The notes under the pieces: generated by a model
The model's input: only the letters and a program-made list of their open reading frames with translations
Database searches by the model: none
Told to the model about the DNA's origin: nothing
From: a virus
Taxonomy: Duplodnaviria > Caudoviricetes
DNA length: 64,000 nt
IMG/VR virus record: IMGVR_UViG_3300010352_000625
Coordinates: 142,670-206,669 of that record
Direction: 5' to 3' (one strand)
Translations under genes and position numbers: made by a program
Shown here: positions 36,344 through 46,489 of the stretch, in pieces
Numbering within the stretch: the first letter of the stretch is position 1
Layout: each line of letters begins with the position of its first letter

Positions 36344-36619
36344 TTAAATAAATGGCATATAAATTTCATCTTTGAACTCATCGACAATCTTTTTTGCAAG
36401 TTTACAGGTCTGTTCGTTTCTCAGGTCATACCAACCTTTATCGTACATTTCAGCCCAAAGCTTCATACACTCCATCATTACTGCCATAGAACTCTGCTGA
36501 AGTGTTCTATGTGTATTATAACAGATCTTTTCAGCAAATTCCTTGTGTCTACTAGTATCAAAACTATTTACAAAATCTGAAAAAGTATTTGCCATTTCTT
36601 CGCCTGTCATTTTAGCCAT
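36344..36619 (-). CDS. Hypothetical early protein
   Basis: HRTLQQS...D.RNE; AGGAG RBS. Confidence 0.65.
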   Translation of the reverse strand: MAKMTGEEMANTFSDFVNSFDTSRHKEFAEKICYNTHRTLQQSSMAVMMECMKLWAEMYDKGWYDLRNEQTCKLAKKIVDEFKDEIYMPFI

Positions 36620-37075
36620 TTTGTTTTTTATCTCCTTCAGTTGTAATCAGTATTGTTATCTCTCTCAATCAATAAATATATTATATCACATTTTAGAGAT
36701 AAACACAAGTCTTTTTATTTGTAACAATATTAATAAATATATACATAAAGTTTATATTTATTTAATTGGTTTTCTAGCTTTTCTATTTTGTGTATGATAA
36801 TAATTTCTATAATAACTAATACTACGAAGATTGAATATCACCAAAAAAAAAACAGTTATTAACATGCATATAATTATAATAAACATTTATTCACCAAATT
36901 TCTCAATACATTCAGGAAGTCTCTGATAAGCATGTATGTAACGATTAAACAAAGTACATATATAATCCAAATGTTCTAGTTCAAAATAATGACAATTAGT
37001 ACATTTTTTACCACAAGGAATTTTAACTTTAACATATATAAATTTATCAGACATTAAAAAATCACACTTTTTTAC

Positions 37076-38471
37076 TAAAATAGACAGAAAGATTACTGCC
37101 TTTAGGTGGTAATATGAATGTCTATAAATTTTAACTTCATATAAGTTAAAAATATATAAACAAAATGTAATTTAATAATAAAGAAGGTGAATCTATTTTG
37201 ACTGCAAGTACTGTTTCTAAAAATCAAAATATTAAAAAAACTATGAAAGAAACTATGACTAGAAGAACTAGCCAGTCTTGTGGTGTTTATAAAGTCAAAA
37301 TAGACGAATCTAGACTTTCTAAAAAACAAAAAGAGCAAATTAAAATGATATTTGTTGAAGCAAAATGGTTTTATAATAATATTTTAAGTTGGTCTGAAAA
37401 TCACGATATTAATGATTTTGATACTAAAACTAAATTTGTTAATATTTTAAATAAAAATAAAGAAATTGAAACTAGAGAATTAAAAAATATTGGTTCTCAA
37501 ATGAAACAAGCAATACATACTGGCGTTATATCTGCTATTAAAACTTTGTCAACTTTAAAGAAAAAGGGGCATAAAGTTGGAAAACTTAAATATTTGTCGG
37601 ATTATAAATCTATTAATTTAAAACAGTTTGGAACTACATATCAAATACTTAATACTAAATATATGAAGATTCAAAACATATCTGGTAAAGTCAAAGTCAA
37701 CGGTTTGGATCAATTTATTAATGACCCTGATATTGAATTTGCTAATGCTAAGATTCTAAATACTCCGTCTGGATATTATGTTGCAATAACTACTTATCGA
37801 TATAATGACGATTTGGCACTTAAATCATATTTAGGTTCTGAAATTGGTATTGATATGGGAATCAAAGATTCAATCATTCTTTCTAATGGTGAAAAATTTA
37901 AAGCATCTATTGAAGAAACTGAACATTTAAAATGTTTGCAAAGAAAACTAGCGAGACAGAAAAAAGGTTCTAACAATAGAAGAAAAACTATTTTCAAGAT
38001 TCAGAAAGAATATCAAAAAATATCAAATCGAAAAAATGATATTTCAAATAAAATCACAAGTCATATTTTATCATATGAGCATATCTATATGCAAGACGAG
38101 ATGATATCTGGTTGGCATAAAGGATTATTTGGAAAACAGGTTCAACATTCTATTTTAGGCCGAGTAAAAGCTAAATTAATAAATCATTCTAGAGTTGAAG
38201 TGTTAGATCGTTCAGTTCCAACAACTAAATATTGTCCTTGTTGTGGCAACATCAATAAAAATATCACCTTGGCTGACAGAACTTATATTTGCCCAACATG
38301 CGGTTATCAAGAAGACCGAGATATTCATTCTGCTAAAAATATGATATTGATGACTAAAATAATTAAAAATCAAATACCTAGGGAACCTAGGGAATTCAAG
38401 CCTGTGGAGACTATGAACCTTGTAGCCGTTGAAGCAGGAAGATTACAGTCTTTAGACTGTAATTAGTTCAC
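37076..38471 (+). mobile_element. IS200/IS605-family element carrying tnpB only
   Basis: TTAC at 37072-37075; AAAG then hairpin ATTACTGCC-TTTA-GGTGGTAAT (left end); GAAG then hairpin ATTACAGTC-TTTA-GACTGTAAT and terminal TTCAC (right end). Confidence 0.9.
37198..38466 (+). CDS. tnpB: RNA-guided endonuclease TnpB
   Basis: GIDMGIK (RuvC-I), MQDE (atypical RuvC-II), CPCC..CPTC zinc finger, DRDIHSAKN (RuvC-III). Confidence 0.93.
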   Translation: MTASTVSKNQNIKKTMKETMTRRTSQSCGVYKVKIDESRLSKKQKEQIKMIFVEAKWFYNNILSWSENHDINDFDTKTKFVNILNKNKEIETRELKNIGSQMKQAIHTGVISAIKTLSTLKKKGHKVGKLKYLSDYKSINLKQFGTTYQILNTKYMKIQNISGKVKVNGLDQFINDPDIEFANAKILNTPSGYYVAITTYRYNDDLALKSYLGSEIGIDMGIKDSIILSNGEKFKASIEETEHLKCLQRKLARQKKGSNNRRKTIFKIQKEYQKISNRKNDISNKITSHILSYEHIYMQDEMISGWHKGLFGKQVQHSILGRVKAKLINHSRVEVLDRSVPTTKYCPCCGNINKNITLADRTYICPTCGYQEDRDIHSAKNMILMTKIIKNQIPREPREFKPVETMNLVAVEAGRLQSLDCN

Positions 38472-38488
38472 TTATTATATTTTAATTA

Positions 38489-38863
38489 TTAATGCTCACT
38501 CGGAAGAAGTATTACACCATTTTCTACCCAAAGTGTTATACCTTCTTCAAGAGGAAAATCAGTATAATAAATTTTCTGTGATACTAATTTGTTATCATTA
38601 CCATCTGTACAAATAACTTTGGCACCGTTTCCATTTTTATTCATTTTTAATGACCACACCTGAAAATTTTGGTTTCTAAATTTTTTCTCACATTGATATG
38701 AAACAATAATATCAACTAACCAATTTGCTTCACATAAACTAACCATCATTTTAACTCCATCAGTGCATACCATACCAAACCATCCCAAAGAATAATAATG
38801 TTCAGTACCAGTCATACATCTAAGATTTGTTCTAATTTCATCAGCAGTATAAGTTTTAAGCAT
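38489..38863 (-). CDS. Hypothetical protein (DUF6876-like)
   Basis: TGTE.YY; TDGV; WL.D.I.S.Q; DGN...Q.I.YTDFP; LLPSE. Confidence 0.7.
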   Translation of the reverse strand: MLKTYTADEIRTNLRCMTGTEHYYSLGWFGMVCTDGVKMMVSLCEANWLVDIIVSYQCEKKFRNQNFQVWSLKMNKNGNGAKVICTDGNDNKLVSQKIYYTDFPLEEGITLWVENGVILLPSEH

Positions 38864-39027
38864 TGTAATTCCCCCTAATTTTTATGTTGTGTATTATGTT
38901 TCACTCACTATATATATTATATCACAACTTAGAGATAAATACAAGTCTTTTATTTGTAACAATAAAAAAAAGATGTAAACTCTATGTTTACATCTTTTTG
39001 CTGAATTATCAGTATCATTTGTCCCAC

Positions 39028-40131
39028 TTATTCATTTTTTAAAAGAAACTTATTAGATATTGATTTAAAACTTATTCTAACTTTATTATTTTCTGGTTTA
39101 GCAAGTCTCCAGACTATACCTTCACGTTCAATATTACTGTTGTTGACTACACTCTTACCTTCAGCTAATTTAAGTATTTCATTAATATCATTAGGTAATA
39201 TAAAATCTCTATAAATAATTGGTACAGATTTCAACCCAATTTCTTTAGTAATTCTTTCTACTTCATATTGACTATAATATTCTTGTGTATCAATATCAAA
39301 AATATCAAATATATATATATCTATACCTTTTATCTTATATTTATTACCTTGAATACCTTCACCACATAATTCACCTTGTAGTGCTATGTTTTTGTTTTTA
39401 AAGTATTTTCTCATTTTACTTTCTATATCTTGTTCTTTAATTACTTGCCAGTATTTACCACCATCATCTTCATCAAGTTGGTTATTTCTTGAACAAACAT
39501 AAAATTTATTATCTTTAAGAAATATTGTCTCAGAAGAACCATCTATTTTTTCAGTACCAACAACTTTCATACCAGCAATTTCGTTAATCAAATTTCTAAG
39601 ATTCTGTACACGTTCTTCATCTGTCTTATATATAAAAACAGGGAAACCTTTTTTAATAATAGTATTAGTAAACAATATCTTAGCTAATTTGTTAAAATAT
39701 CTAAACATAAAGCTAAGTACAACATCAGGTATATATTTTTTAACCCATTTCTTATTGGTAATTACTTTTCTCTTAGCATTATTATCTTCATCTGGTTCAT
39801 ATTTAGTTATACCAATGATTTCAGTAACATCATCATCAATATTATAATTACCTTTAGGAAGATAACTAATCGGCAATACCAGTCCCTGACTTATTTGACC
39901 ACGTAGCTTAATTGTTCTAACTCTATATTTTCTATCTTTAAGAAATTCAAACTCTGGTGCAGGTGGTAAAATACTATCTATTTCACAATAGATAATCTTA
40001 TCCCCAGCTTTAAAATTATCTTTCTTAGCTACAACACATTGCCAACCATTAATAATAGCTAATTCTATTGCATCAGCATTTTCAATTGGTTTAATTTCTA
40101 ATATTTCTTGTATACTTGCTAGTTTTCTCAT
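39028..40131 (-). CDS. ATP-dependent RNA ligase (Rnl2/DRB0094 family)
   Basis: MRKLASIQ OB-like N-terminus; EKIDGS; QGE; EGIV; FKSIS..FLLK. Confidence 0.9.
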   Translation of the reverse strand: MRKLASIQEILEIKPIENADAIELAIINGWQCVVAKKDNFKAGDKIIYCEIDSILPPAPEFEFLKDRKYRVRTIKLRGQISQGLVLPISYLPKGNYNIDDDVTEIIGITKYEPDEDNNAKRKVITNKKWVKKYIPDVVLSFMFRYFNKLAKILFTNTIIKKGFPVFIYKTDEERVQNLRNLINEIAGMKVVGTEKIDGSSETIFLKDNKFYVCSRNNQLDEDDGGKYWQVIKEQDIESKMRKYFKNKNIALQGELCGEGIQGNKYKIKGIDIYIFDIFDIDTQEYYSQYEVERITKEIGLKSVPIIYRDFILPNDINEILKLAEGKSVVNNSNIEREGIVWRLAKPENNKVRISFKSISNKFLLKNE

Positions 40132-40262
40132 TTTTCATTTCTCCTAACTAACCACGAATTGATTTTATCATCTAATAGACAATATATTACTATAATCATA
40201 AAAATTAACATAGGCAACCAATAAGATGATAATATTGTTTACACATCTTGACAATTCAATAT

Positions 40263-40892
40263 CTATACCTTTTTATTTGTTACCTTATTTACAGGTGCAC
40301 GAAGCGTACATTTCCCCTTTTCATTTAAAAGATTTTCCAAACAAACATATGTTTGTTTCATATCATTTTTGTTTTTGGGATAGATGTCAGTACTGTATCC
40401 ATCATATTTTCTTTCATTCTGAATCAAATACGATAACAATTGACCACAATAACCGGCATCTATCGTATAGTTTCTATAATTTTTCGCACAGTTGTTATTA
40501 AGGGCCACTTCTAATTCTTTTATAGTTTCATCGTCGGTGTCAAAATAATAGCCTTCATCTGGCAAATCTGTAGGATCAATTTCTGCAAAATCTACCTCTT
40601 TATATTTCATTCCACTTTTTTCATCGGTGTATTCAACAGAATACACCTTTTTATCTGTTTTAAATGCATCATACATGGGTATTTTACCCTTACACATATT
40701 AAGTATTGTTGTCGATTGAACGCATGAAACAATTGTCCAATGTGCTTTCTTTCTAATTTCACTACACAGACATAAATATAAATTATTGCTATCATCGCAA
40801 CAAACAAATACAATAGGTATATACTCAAATTCATCAATGGTGTATAAAAAATAAACTTTTTTATCCCCCAAACGAATAAATTCTTTTAGCAT
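40263..40892 (-). CDS. Hypothetical protein of apparently foreign origin
   Basis: GAGGAGG RBS; visibly higher GC than its neighbours. Confidence 0.65.
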   Translation of the reverse strand: MLKEFIRLGDKKVYFLYTIDEFEYIPIVFVCCDDSNNLYLCLCSEIRKKAHWTIVSCVQSTTILNMCKGKIPMYDAFKTDKKVYSVEYTDEKSGMKYKEVDFAEIDPTDLPDEGYYFDTDDETIKELEVALNNNCAKNYRNYTIDAGYCGQLLSYLIQNERKYDGYSTDIYPKNKNDMKQTYVCLENLLNEKGKCTLRAPVNKVTNKKV

Positions 40893-40920
40893 GGTATTTC
40901 CTCCTCAATTTCCGTAAAAC

Positions 40921-41053
40921 TCATTTAATATTTTTAATTTATCAATAATATCTTTTATTTTTCCTTCTCTATCATCATTATCAATTATATTAGATTCTTC
41001 TAGTGCATTGTTATTACTTAATAGTTTTTCGGCAACTTTGTCTAAAGCAGAAT
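40921..41053. repeat. 133-bp exact copy of 31746-31878
   Basis: Direct sequence identity; forms the chimeric ORF 40905-41090. Confidence 0.9.
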
Positions 41054-41094
41054 GACATAAAGATATTAACTCGTGTATATTATTAGACATAATA

Positions 41095-41382
41095 TCACTT
41101 CTTTTTCTTATTGTTTTTCTTTTTTTCTTTTTTATTCTCTGTTTCCATATATCTCAAATATAGATTACCACTATTTATGTTATTAATAAAGTAAACGTTA
41201 TTGTGTTCATCTGTAATATCAATATAGTTGAAATCATTCAAATCATATTCATTTTTATTGTGAAAATATTTTATAATTGCAATTAGTTCATTCTCTTTTA
41301 TATAAACATAATCTTTAGAATTCTTTATAAAATTAGATTCTACTTTATATTCTTTGTCATTTAGTTTAAAATTCAACTTCAT
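41095..41382 (-). CDS. Hypothetical protein
   Basis: ORF with Lys-rich tail. Confidence 0.55.
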   Translation of the reverse strand: MKLNFKLNDKEYKVESNFIKNSKDYVYIKENELIAIIKYFHNKNEYDLNDFNYIDITDEHNNVYFINNINSGNLYLRYMETENKKEKKKNNKKKK

Positions 41383-41387
41383 TATAG

Positions 41388-42059
41388 TTAAACCAAACTT
41401 TCCACTTTAAAATTTGAATTTTTACATTTATTGCAGGTACATCTTGAAATAATATCAAGAGTTTTACATTTGCGATAAAAATAACTCTTAGTCCCACAGG
41501 TTTCACATGTAACTATATATTTGGGTGTCTTAGGAACTACTTCAGAATCTTCTACACTCTCATCAACTTTATAGTAAGTAGATATATTATATTTAGGATA
41601 ATGTTTATTGATTAGCCCAGCATATCTCTTGAAGTTAGGACCATGATTATTACAGCCTGGGATTGTATGTATAAGTTCGTGAGCCATAGTCTTTTCTATT
41701 TCAGAATTATCTCCAACCAACTTTTTATTAATAGCTACATAATTAATTTTAGAGACATTTCTATCAGCAAGAAACGTACTCATGGGATTAATAAAAGTGT
41801 AAGTAACTCCTCTTACTCTCTTAGATCTAGTCTTCAGTTCCCCAACTTTTGTAATATCTTTTATTGGGATAGGGACACCTATTTTAATAAGTTCTTTACT
41901 TACTGTATTAAATATCTCAGTAATTGAACTATCCTTAATTATATTCTTTTCTATATTTTCTTTAGATTTTTTAACTTTAGCCATATTTTTTACCCCCAAA
42001 AAATAATTTGTAATATCAACTAAATATATTATATCACTATTTGGAGATAAAGTCAACAA
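41388..42059 (-). CDS. SprT-like zinc metalloprotease (probable start at MAKV, ~41984)
   Basis: HELIH....NHG..F; C-terminal CxxC..CxxC. Confidence 0.85.
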   Translation of the reverse strand: MLTLSPNSDIIYLVDITNYFLGVKNMAKVKKSKENIEKNIIKDSSITEIFNTVSKELIKIGVPIPIKDITKVGELKTRSKRVRGVTYTFINPMSTFLADRNVSKINYVAINKKLVGDNSEIEKTMAHELIHTIPGCNNHGPNFKRYAGLINKHYPKYNISTYYKVDESVEDSEVVPKTPKYIVTCETCGTKSYFYRKCKTLDIISRCTCNKCKNSNFKVESLV

Positions 42060-42543
42060 AAATATTTATTATTTTTAAAATTTAATTTTTTGATTTATAA
42101 TCTGGGCAACCAATTAATACTGCATGAGGTAGAGATTCAACTTTACATTTATTAATACAATTCTTACATTTATCTAATATCACTAGAGTTGTTGATGCTT
42201 CTATATTACTTTTTTCTTTTTTAATAATCTTTTTACGACCCAACATTATCACTCCATAACTGATATAAATTTACAATCTATTTTATGAGGTTTAACTGTA
42301 GATTTAAACTCAGATAAACTCATACTTTTTGAATAAGTATCAGATTCAACTATAACTTGTTTATCTAAATCCCAACTATAGGTAAATTTAAATATTACTG
42401 GACTACCATTAGATTCTCCAGCAAACCAATCGTATATTCTAGTTTTCTCTTTTTTTGTTGATTTATCATTTTTCATTATAATCACCCCTAAAATTATAAT
42501 TACTTGATGAGTATATTATAATACTAATTAACCTAATTGTCAA

Positions 42544-43764
42544 CTACCCATTTGATTTAAAATTGTATACAGGCTTGATAATATTGACTACATCAACAGT
42601 ATCAACGATTGACTCCTGTATCTCAGCTAAACCTCTGTACGCCATTGGAGCCTCGTCTACAGTGTGATTATTAACTGATGTAGTGTATACATCTTTCATT
42701 GACTTAATATATTCTATCATGTTAATTGTTTCTTTTGCCTCGGTTCTTGACATAATTCTTCCAGCCCCATGTGGTGCTGAACAATTCCAATCTTCGTTGC
42801 CTTTACCTATACCAATTATTGAACCAGTAGCCATATTTATTGGTATTACTACTCTTTCACCTTTTTTAGCTGATATAGCACCTTTGCGTACTATTTTAGA
42901 TTCAATATCGATATAATTATGTATTGACTCAAACTGCTCCAATACATATCCAGACAATTTAAACTCTGATATTATTTTGTTAGCTATAGCATGTCGATTA
43001 CCTACTGCATATTCCTGGGCTATAGCTATATCATGTAAATAATCATTAAAATCATCGTCAGTAATATACTTTGATTTTAAAGCTATTTTGTTATACTTAG
43101 CTTTTATTTTCTCTAATTCTGATGATATCATTGAATAATTATTTTCTTTTTTAAGTTTATCTACAGTTTTATTTATTTCCTTAATCATTCTATCTTTCAT
43201 TTTATCCATATTACCATTAATCATTATATTATAATAATGTTTAGCAATCTGAACCCCTAAGTTTCTGGAGCCAGTATGTATAACTAAATACTTATAATTA
43301 TCCTCATCAACAGCTATTTCTATAAAATGATTACCGCCGCCTAAAGTACCTAAAGATTTTACTATTCTATCTATATTATCTATTTTATCAAAACATTTTA
43401 AATTAGACAACATTGACATAACTTTATTTTTTATTTCATTTTCAACTTTAGTATATGTTCCATTACCATTTGGTATGCAATTGCGTATAAACTCGTCTAT
43501 ATCATGATAATTCAATTCTATAGACTTATCTATTTTAGTTACATTAACGCCACAACCCAAATCAACACCAACTATATTTGGGTCAATTTTATTCTCAATT
43601 TCACCAGTAAAGCCTATGACACAACCTATACCAATATGTACATCGGGCATGATACGAACTTTCTTATCATCAAATATCCCAGTATCAAGCATGTTTTCTA
43701 TCTGCTCTATTACTTTATAATCATAAGTTTTTGCAAATATTTTTACGTCATAATCTTTAAACAT
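42544..43764 (-). CDS. rtcB: RtcB 3'-phosphate RNA ligase
   Basis: MPDVH; VGVDLGCG; GTLGGGNHFIE; HNY; HGAGR; DEAP.AY. Confidence 0.95.
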   Translation of the reverse strand: MFKDYDVKIFAKTYDYKVIEQIENMLDTGIFDDKKVRIMPDVHIGIGCVIGFTGEIENKIDPNIVGVDLGCGVNVTKIDKSIELNYHDIDEFIRNCIPNGNGTYTKVENEIKNKVMSMLSNLKCFDKIDNIDRIVKSLGTLGGGNHFIEIAVDEDNYKYLVIHTGSRNLGVQIAKHYYNIMINGNMDKMKDRMIKEINKTVDKLKKENNYSMISSELEKIKAKYNKIALKSKYITDDDFNDYLHDIAIAQEYAVGNRHAIANKIISEFKLSGYVLEQFESIHNYIDIESKIVRKGAISAKKGERVVIPINMATGSIIGIGKGNEDWNCSAPHGAGRIMSRTEAKETINMIEYIKSMKDVYTTSVNNHTVDEAPMAYRGLAEIQESIVDTVDVVNIIKPVYNFKSNG

Positions 43765-43837
43765 GTAACCACCTGTTTTCTTTCTTGAATATGACTATTA
43801 TATCATACTTTTTGATTATTGTCAAATAATAATAAAA

Positions 43838-43872
43838 AAATAACTGTAAACATTAAGTCTACAGTTATTTTA
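43838..43872. terminator. Intrinsic terminator
   Basis: AAATAACTGTA...TACAGTTATTT inverted repeat. Confidence 0.65.
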
Positions 43873-43893
43873 TATGCTTACTCTAAATATACA

Positions 43894-44151
43894 TTAAATT
43901 AATTCATCTAAATCGTCAGGTTTAAAATCATCTCCAGACTTTTCTAATTCAGCTTCCATAGCATCTAATCCTATATAATAATTAGAAAACTCATCTAGAT
44001 GATCTTTAGCAATTATCTTAGCTATATTTTCGTTTTTACTATGTTCTTTTTCTACTTCTATACCTATTTTTAATTGTTCCTCATCATAATCATCATCAGG
44101 TCTAGTGTCTTCACCTTCTAGAATATACTTATAACCATGTTTATTTTCCAA
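43894..44151 (-). CDS. DUF5661-like protein with C-terminal KPDDLD tag
   Basis: QL..G..VE.EH...IA.DHL.E...YY..L; ends FKPDDLDELI. Confidence 0.7.
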   Translation of the reverse strand: MENKHGYKYILEGEDTRPDDDYDEEQLKIGIEVEKEHSKNENIAKIIAKDHLDEFSNYYIGLDAMEAELEKSGDDFKPDDLDELI

Positions 44152-44167
44152 TTATATCACCAATCTT

Positions 44168-45175
44168 TTAAATTTTATCTCCTACAATATTACCATTATT
44201 ATTAAGTTTATATCTGGGGTCATTTAATTGTCTGTCTATATTTAATTTCCTTTTTTGATTATAAACTGCATATAACAATTTATACACATCGTCACTATTA
44301 TTTTCATTTAGTTTTTTACCTAACAATTCACTTAAAGCAACTAGATTATAACTGATACCTTGTAAACAATAATAATACATATCACGATTTATATTAGATA
44401 ATTTTGCAAATTTAACTGGGTCAAAATAATTATTTGGATATTGTTTCCAATCTTTAAAATTGGTTTCTCGAATAAATTCACGATTTAATCTCTGTAAAGT
44501 TCTAAGTGTTTGTTTTCCACAATTAACAAAACCAGTATCCATATATAAAGATGTTTGTATAAATTGCGGAAATATCATCGGTGTCTTTGAATTCATTTCT
44601 TCTGCAATATGCCAACCTTCAGCTAATATTAAATATTTAACATCGTCTGAGAAATCATTTTCTTCTGTAAAATAATATTCTAATAAATCTCGTGTAGATT
44701 TTATTTTATCAGGTTGCAATGTCATTAAAAAATGTTCTTTTAGTGTACCAGTTAATTCCGTGATAAAATGATATGCATCAATCCATTCTTCTAATATTAA
44801 TAATTTAACCATCATTATTTTTTCATCATCAGAATTTAATGGTAATTTTTCATATTTTTCATATGCATCCAATACTTCATATAATTCATCTTCCATGCCA
44901 ACGTGATTATGCATATAAATATGTTGATACATTGTATCCAATAATTCATATCCGGAGATATTATCTGTTAAATATCTTTTATTAATCATATTAATATTAA
45001 GATAATTTCTTTTCATTTCATAATGTTTTACTGCACAATCACTAATAACATATCCTGATAAATAACTTTTTTCATCATTAACTGATATTGGTGGACATAT
45101 TGCTGATATTACATTAATATCGTCTAAATATTTCTTTACTATATCTCTATTAGTATATACTGATACTAAGCTCAT
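44168..45175 (-). CDS. All-alpha dimeric dUTPase-like protein
   Basis: EEWIDAYHF; KDWKQY; K...N..RQ. Confidence 0.55.
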   Translation of the reverse strand: MSLVSVYTNRDIVKKYLDDINVISAICPPISVNDEKSYLSGYVISDCAVKHYEMKRNYLNINMINKRYLTDNISGYELLDTMYQHIYMHNHVGMEDELYEVLDAYEKYEKLPLNSDDEKIMMVKLLILEEWIDAYHFITELTGTLKEHFLMTLQPDKIKSTRDLLEYYFTEENDFSDDVKYLILAEGWHIAEEMNSKTPMIFPQFIQTSLYMDTGFVNCGKQTLRTLQRLNREFIRETNFKDWKQYPNNYFDPVKFAKLSNINRDMYYYCLQGISYNLVALSELLGKKLNENNSDDVYKLLYAVYNQKRKLNIDRQLNDPRYKLNNNGNIVGDKI

Positions 45176-46371
45176 TTCGATTTCACCTTCTTTGTAACTT
45201 TTTCATCTTTTTCTAAAGAATCTTCTTCATCACTAAATTCATTTTCTACTTCAGATAATTTCTTTAATTCATGTTCAATATTGATTTCGCTATCTAACAT
45301 TATCTTAGATACCATTGAAATATTTTTATTTACATATTCTTCAGAATCATGTAACATTTGTTTATAATATTCTTCATCTTCCATTAATCGTAAACTAAAA
45401 TCTTTTAGATAAAACTTTTTAACTTCTTTCTTAGCATCTTCTTCTGACATTCCATCAGCTATCATTTTATCAACTTCTGTCTGTAAGAAACACCAAGCAC
45501 CTGATTGTCCTAATATACCAATTTCTTTTATAAACTCACAGAATGATTTAATAATATTTTCTTTTGTGAAACCTAATGCATAGTTAAATTGTACAACTGT
45601 ACTCTGAAATGGATTAAACAATCTATTCTTTGATGGTGTAGATATTTTAATGCCCTGTTCTGTTTCGTTTGGTTTAAGTTTATTAACTCTTAATATAATA
45701 TCACAACTATGCATCAATGCTTTACCACCAGGCATCTTATATAAATCACCAAATCTATCTTGATTCTCTCTGGCTTGATTTATAAACACTAATCCAGTGG
45801 TTTTACATCTATGCACATAAGGTTTAATTCTTCTGAGACCTCTAGTTAATACAGCTGATTGACTACCAATTTCTTTATCAAATGCTGTACGATTCATTTC
45901 ATCTGATGTAGCTGTCTGAGCAATTGAATCCCATACAATAATTAAATGTCTATCATCATTTTCTTTGATTTTATATCTACATACTCTTTCAATAATGTCA
46001 AACACTTGTTCCATATTGTCAGGCACTATATAATTTAATTCATCTATATTAACTCCAAATTGTTTAAGTCTAGGTCTAGTGACACTACATTCTGAATCAA
46101 TATAGACAATATCATAATCTTTTTTTTGTGCTATTGATATTAGATGATTAACATAACTTGTCTTGCCGCATCCCTCCGGGCCATACATACATACCATTTT
46201 ACCACTTAATGGAATTCCACCTGTTAAAGGTCTACCAGATAACACGTAATTCATAGTTGGTATACCAGTATCTAAATATTCAACCTCACTTATTATTTCA
46301 CTATCGATATTATCTGGGTATTCTTTTTTTAACATTGAACTTAAATTTTTTGCCATTATATTCTGATGCAC
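45172..46371 (-). CDS. recA: RecA/UvsX recombinase
   Basis: GPEGCGKT; YIDSE; WDSIA; FINQ.R; PGG.AL. Confidence 0.92.
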   Translation of the reverse strand: MHQNIMAKNLSSMLKKEYPDNIDSEIISEVEYLDTGIPTMNYVLSGRPLTGGIPLSGKMVCMYGPEGCGKTSYVNHLISIAQKKDYDIVYIDSECSVTRPRLKQFGVNIDELNYIVPDNMEQVFDIIERVCRYKIKENDDRHLIIVWDSIAQTATSDEMNRTAFDKEIGSQSAVLTRGLRRIKPYVHRCKTTGLVFINQARENQDRFGDLYKMPGGKALMHSCDIILRVNKLKPNETEQGIKISTPSKNRLFNPFQSTVVQFNYALGFTKENIIKSFCEFIKEIGILGQSGAWCFLQTEVDKMIADGMSEEDAKKEVKKFYLKDFSLRLMEDEEYYKQMLHDSEEYVNKNISMVSKIMLDSEINIEHELKKLSEVENEFSDEEDSLEKDEKVTKKVKSK

Positions 46372-46489
46372 TCCTTATATTTTTAGTTCTATTTAATGTA
46401 TATATTATATCATGAAGTAAACATCTTGTCAACATGTAATTTAATATCATCAATAAGAAAATTAAGAATGTAATTATAGTGGGGAAGAG

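Noticed and set aside
40921-41053. Diversity-generating retroelement template/variable repeat pair with 31746-31878
   Set aside because: The copies are identical, with no adenine-specific differences, and no reverse transcriptase is in the window
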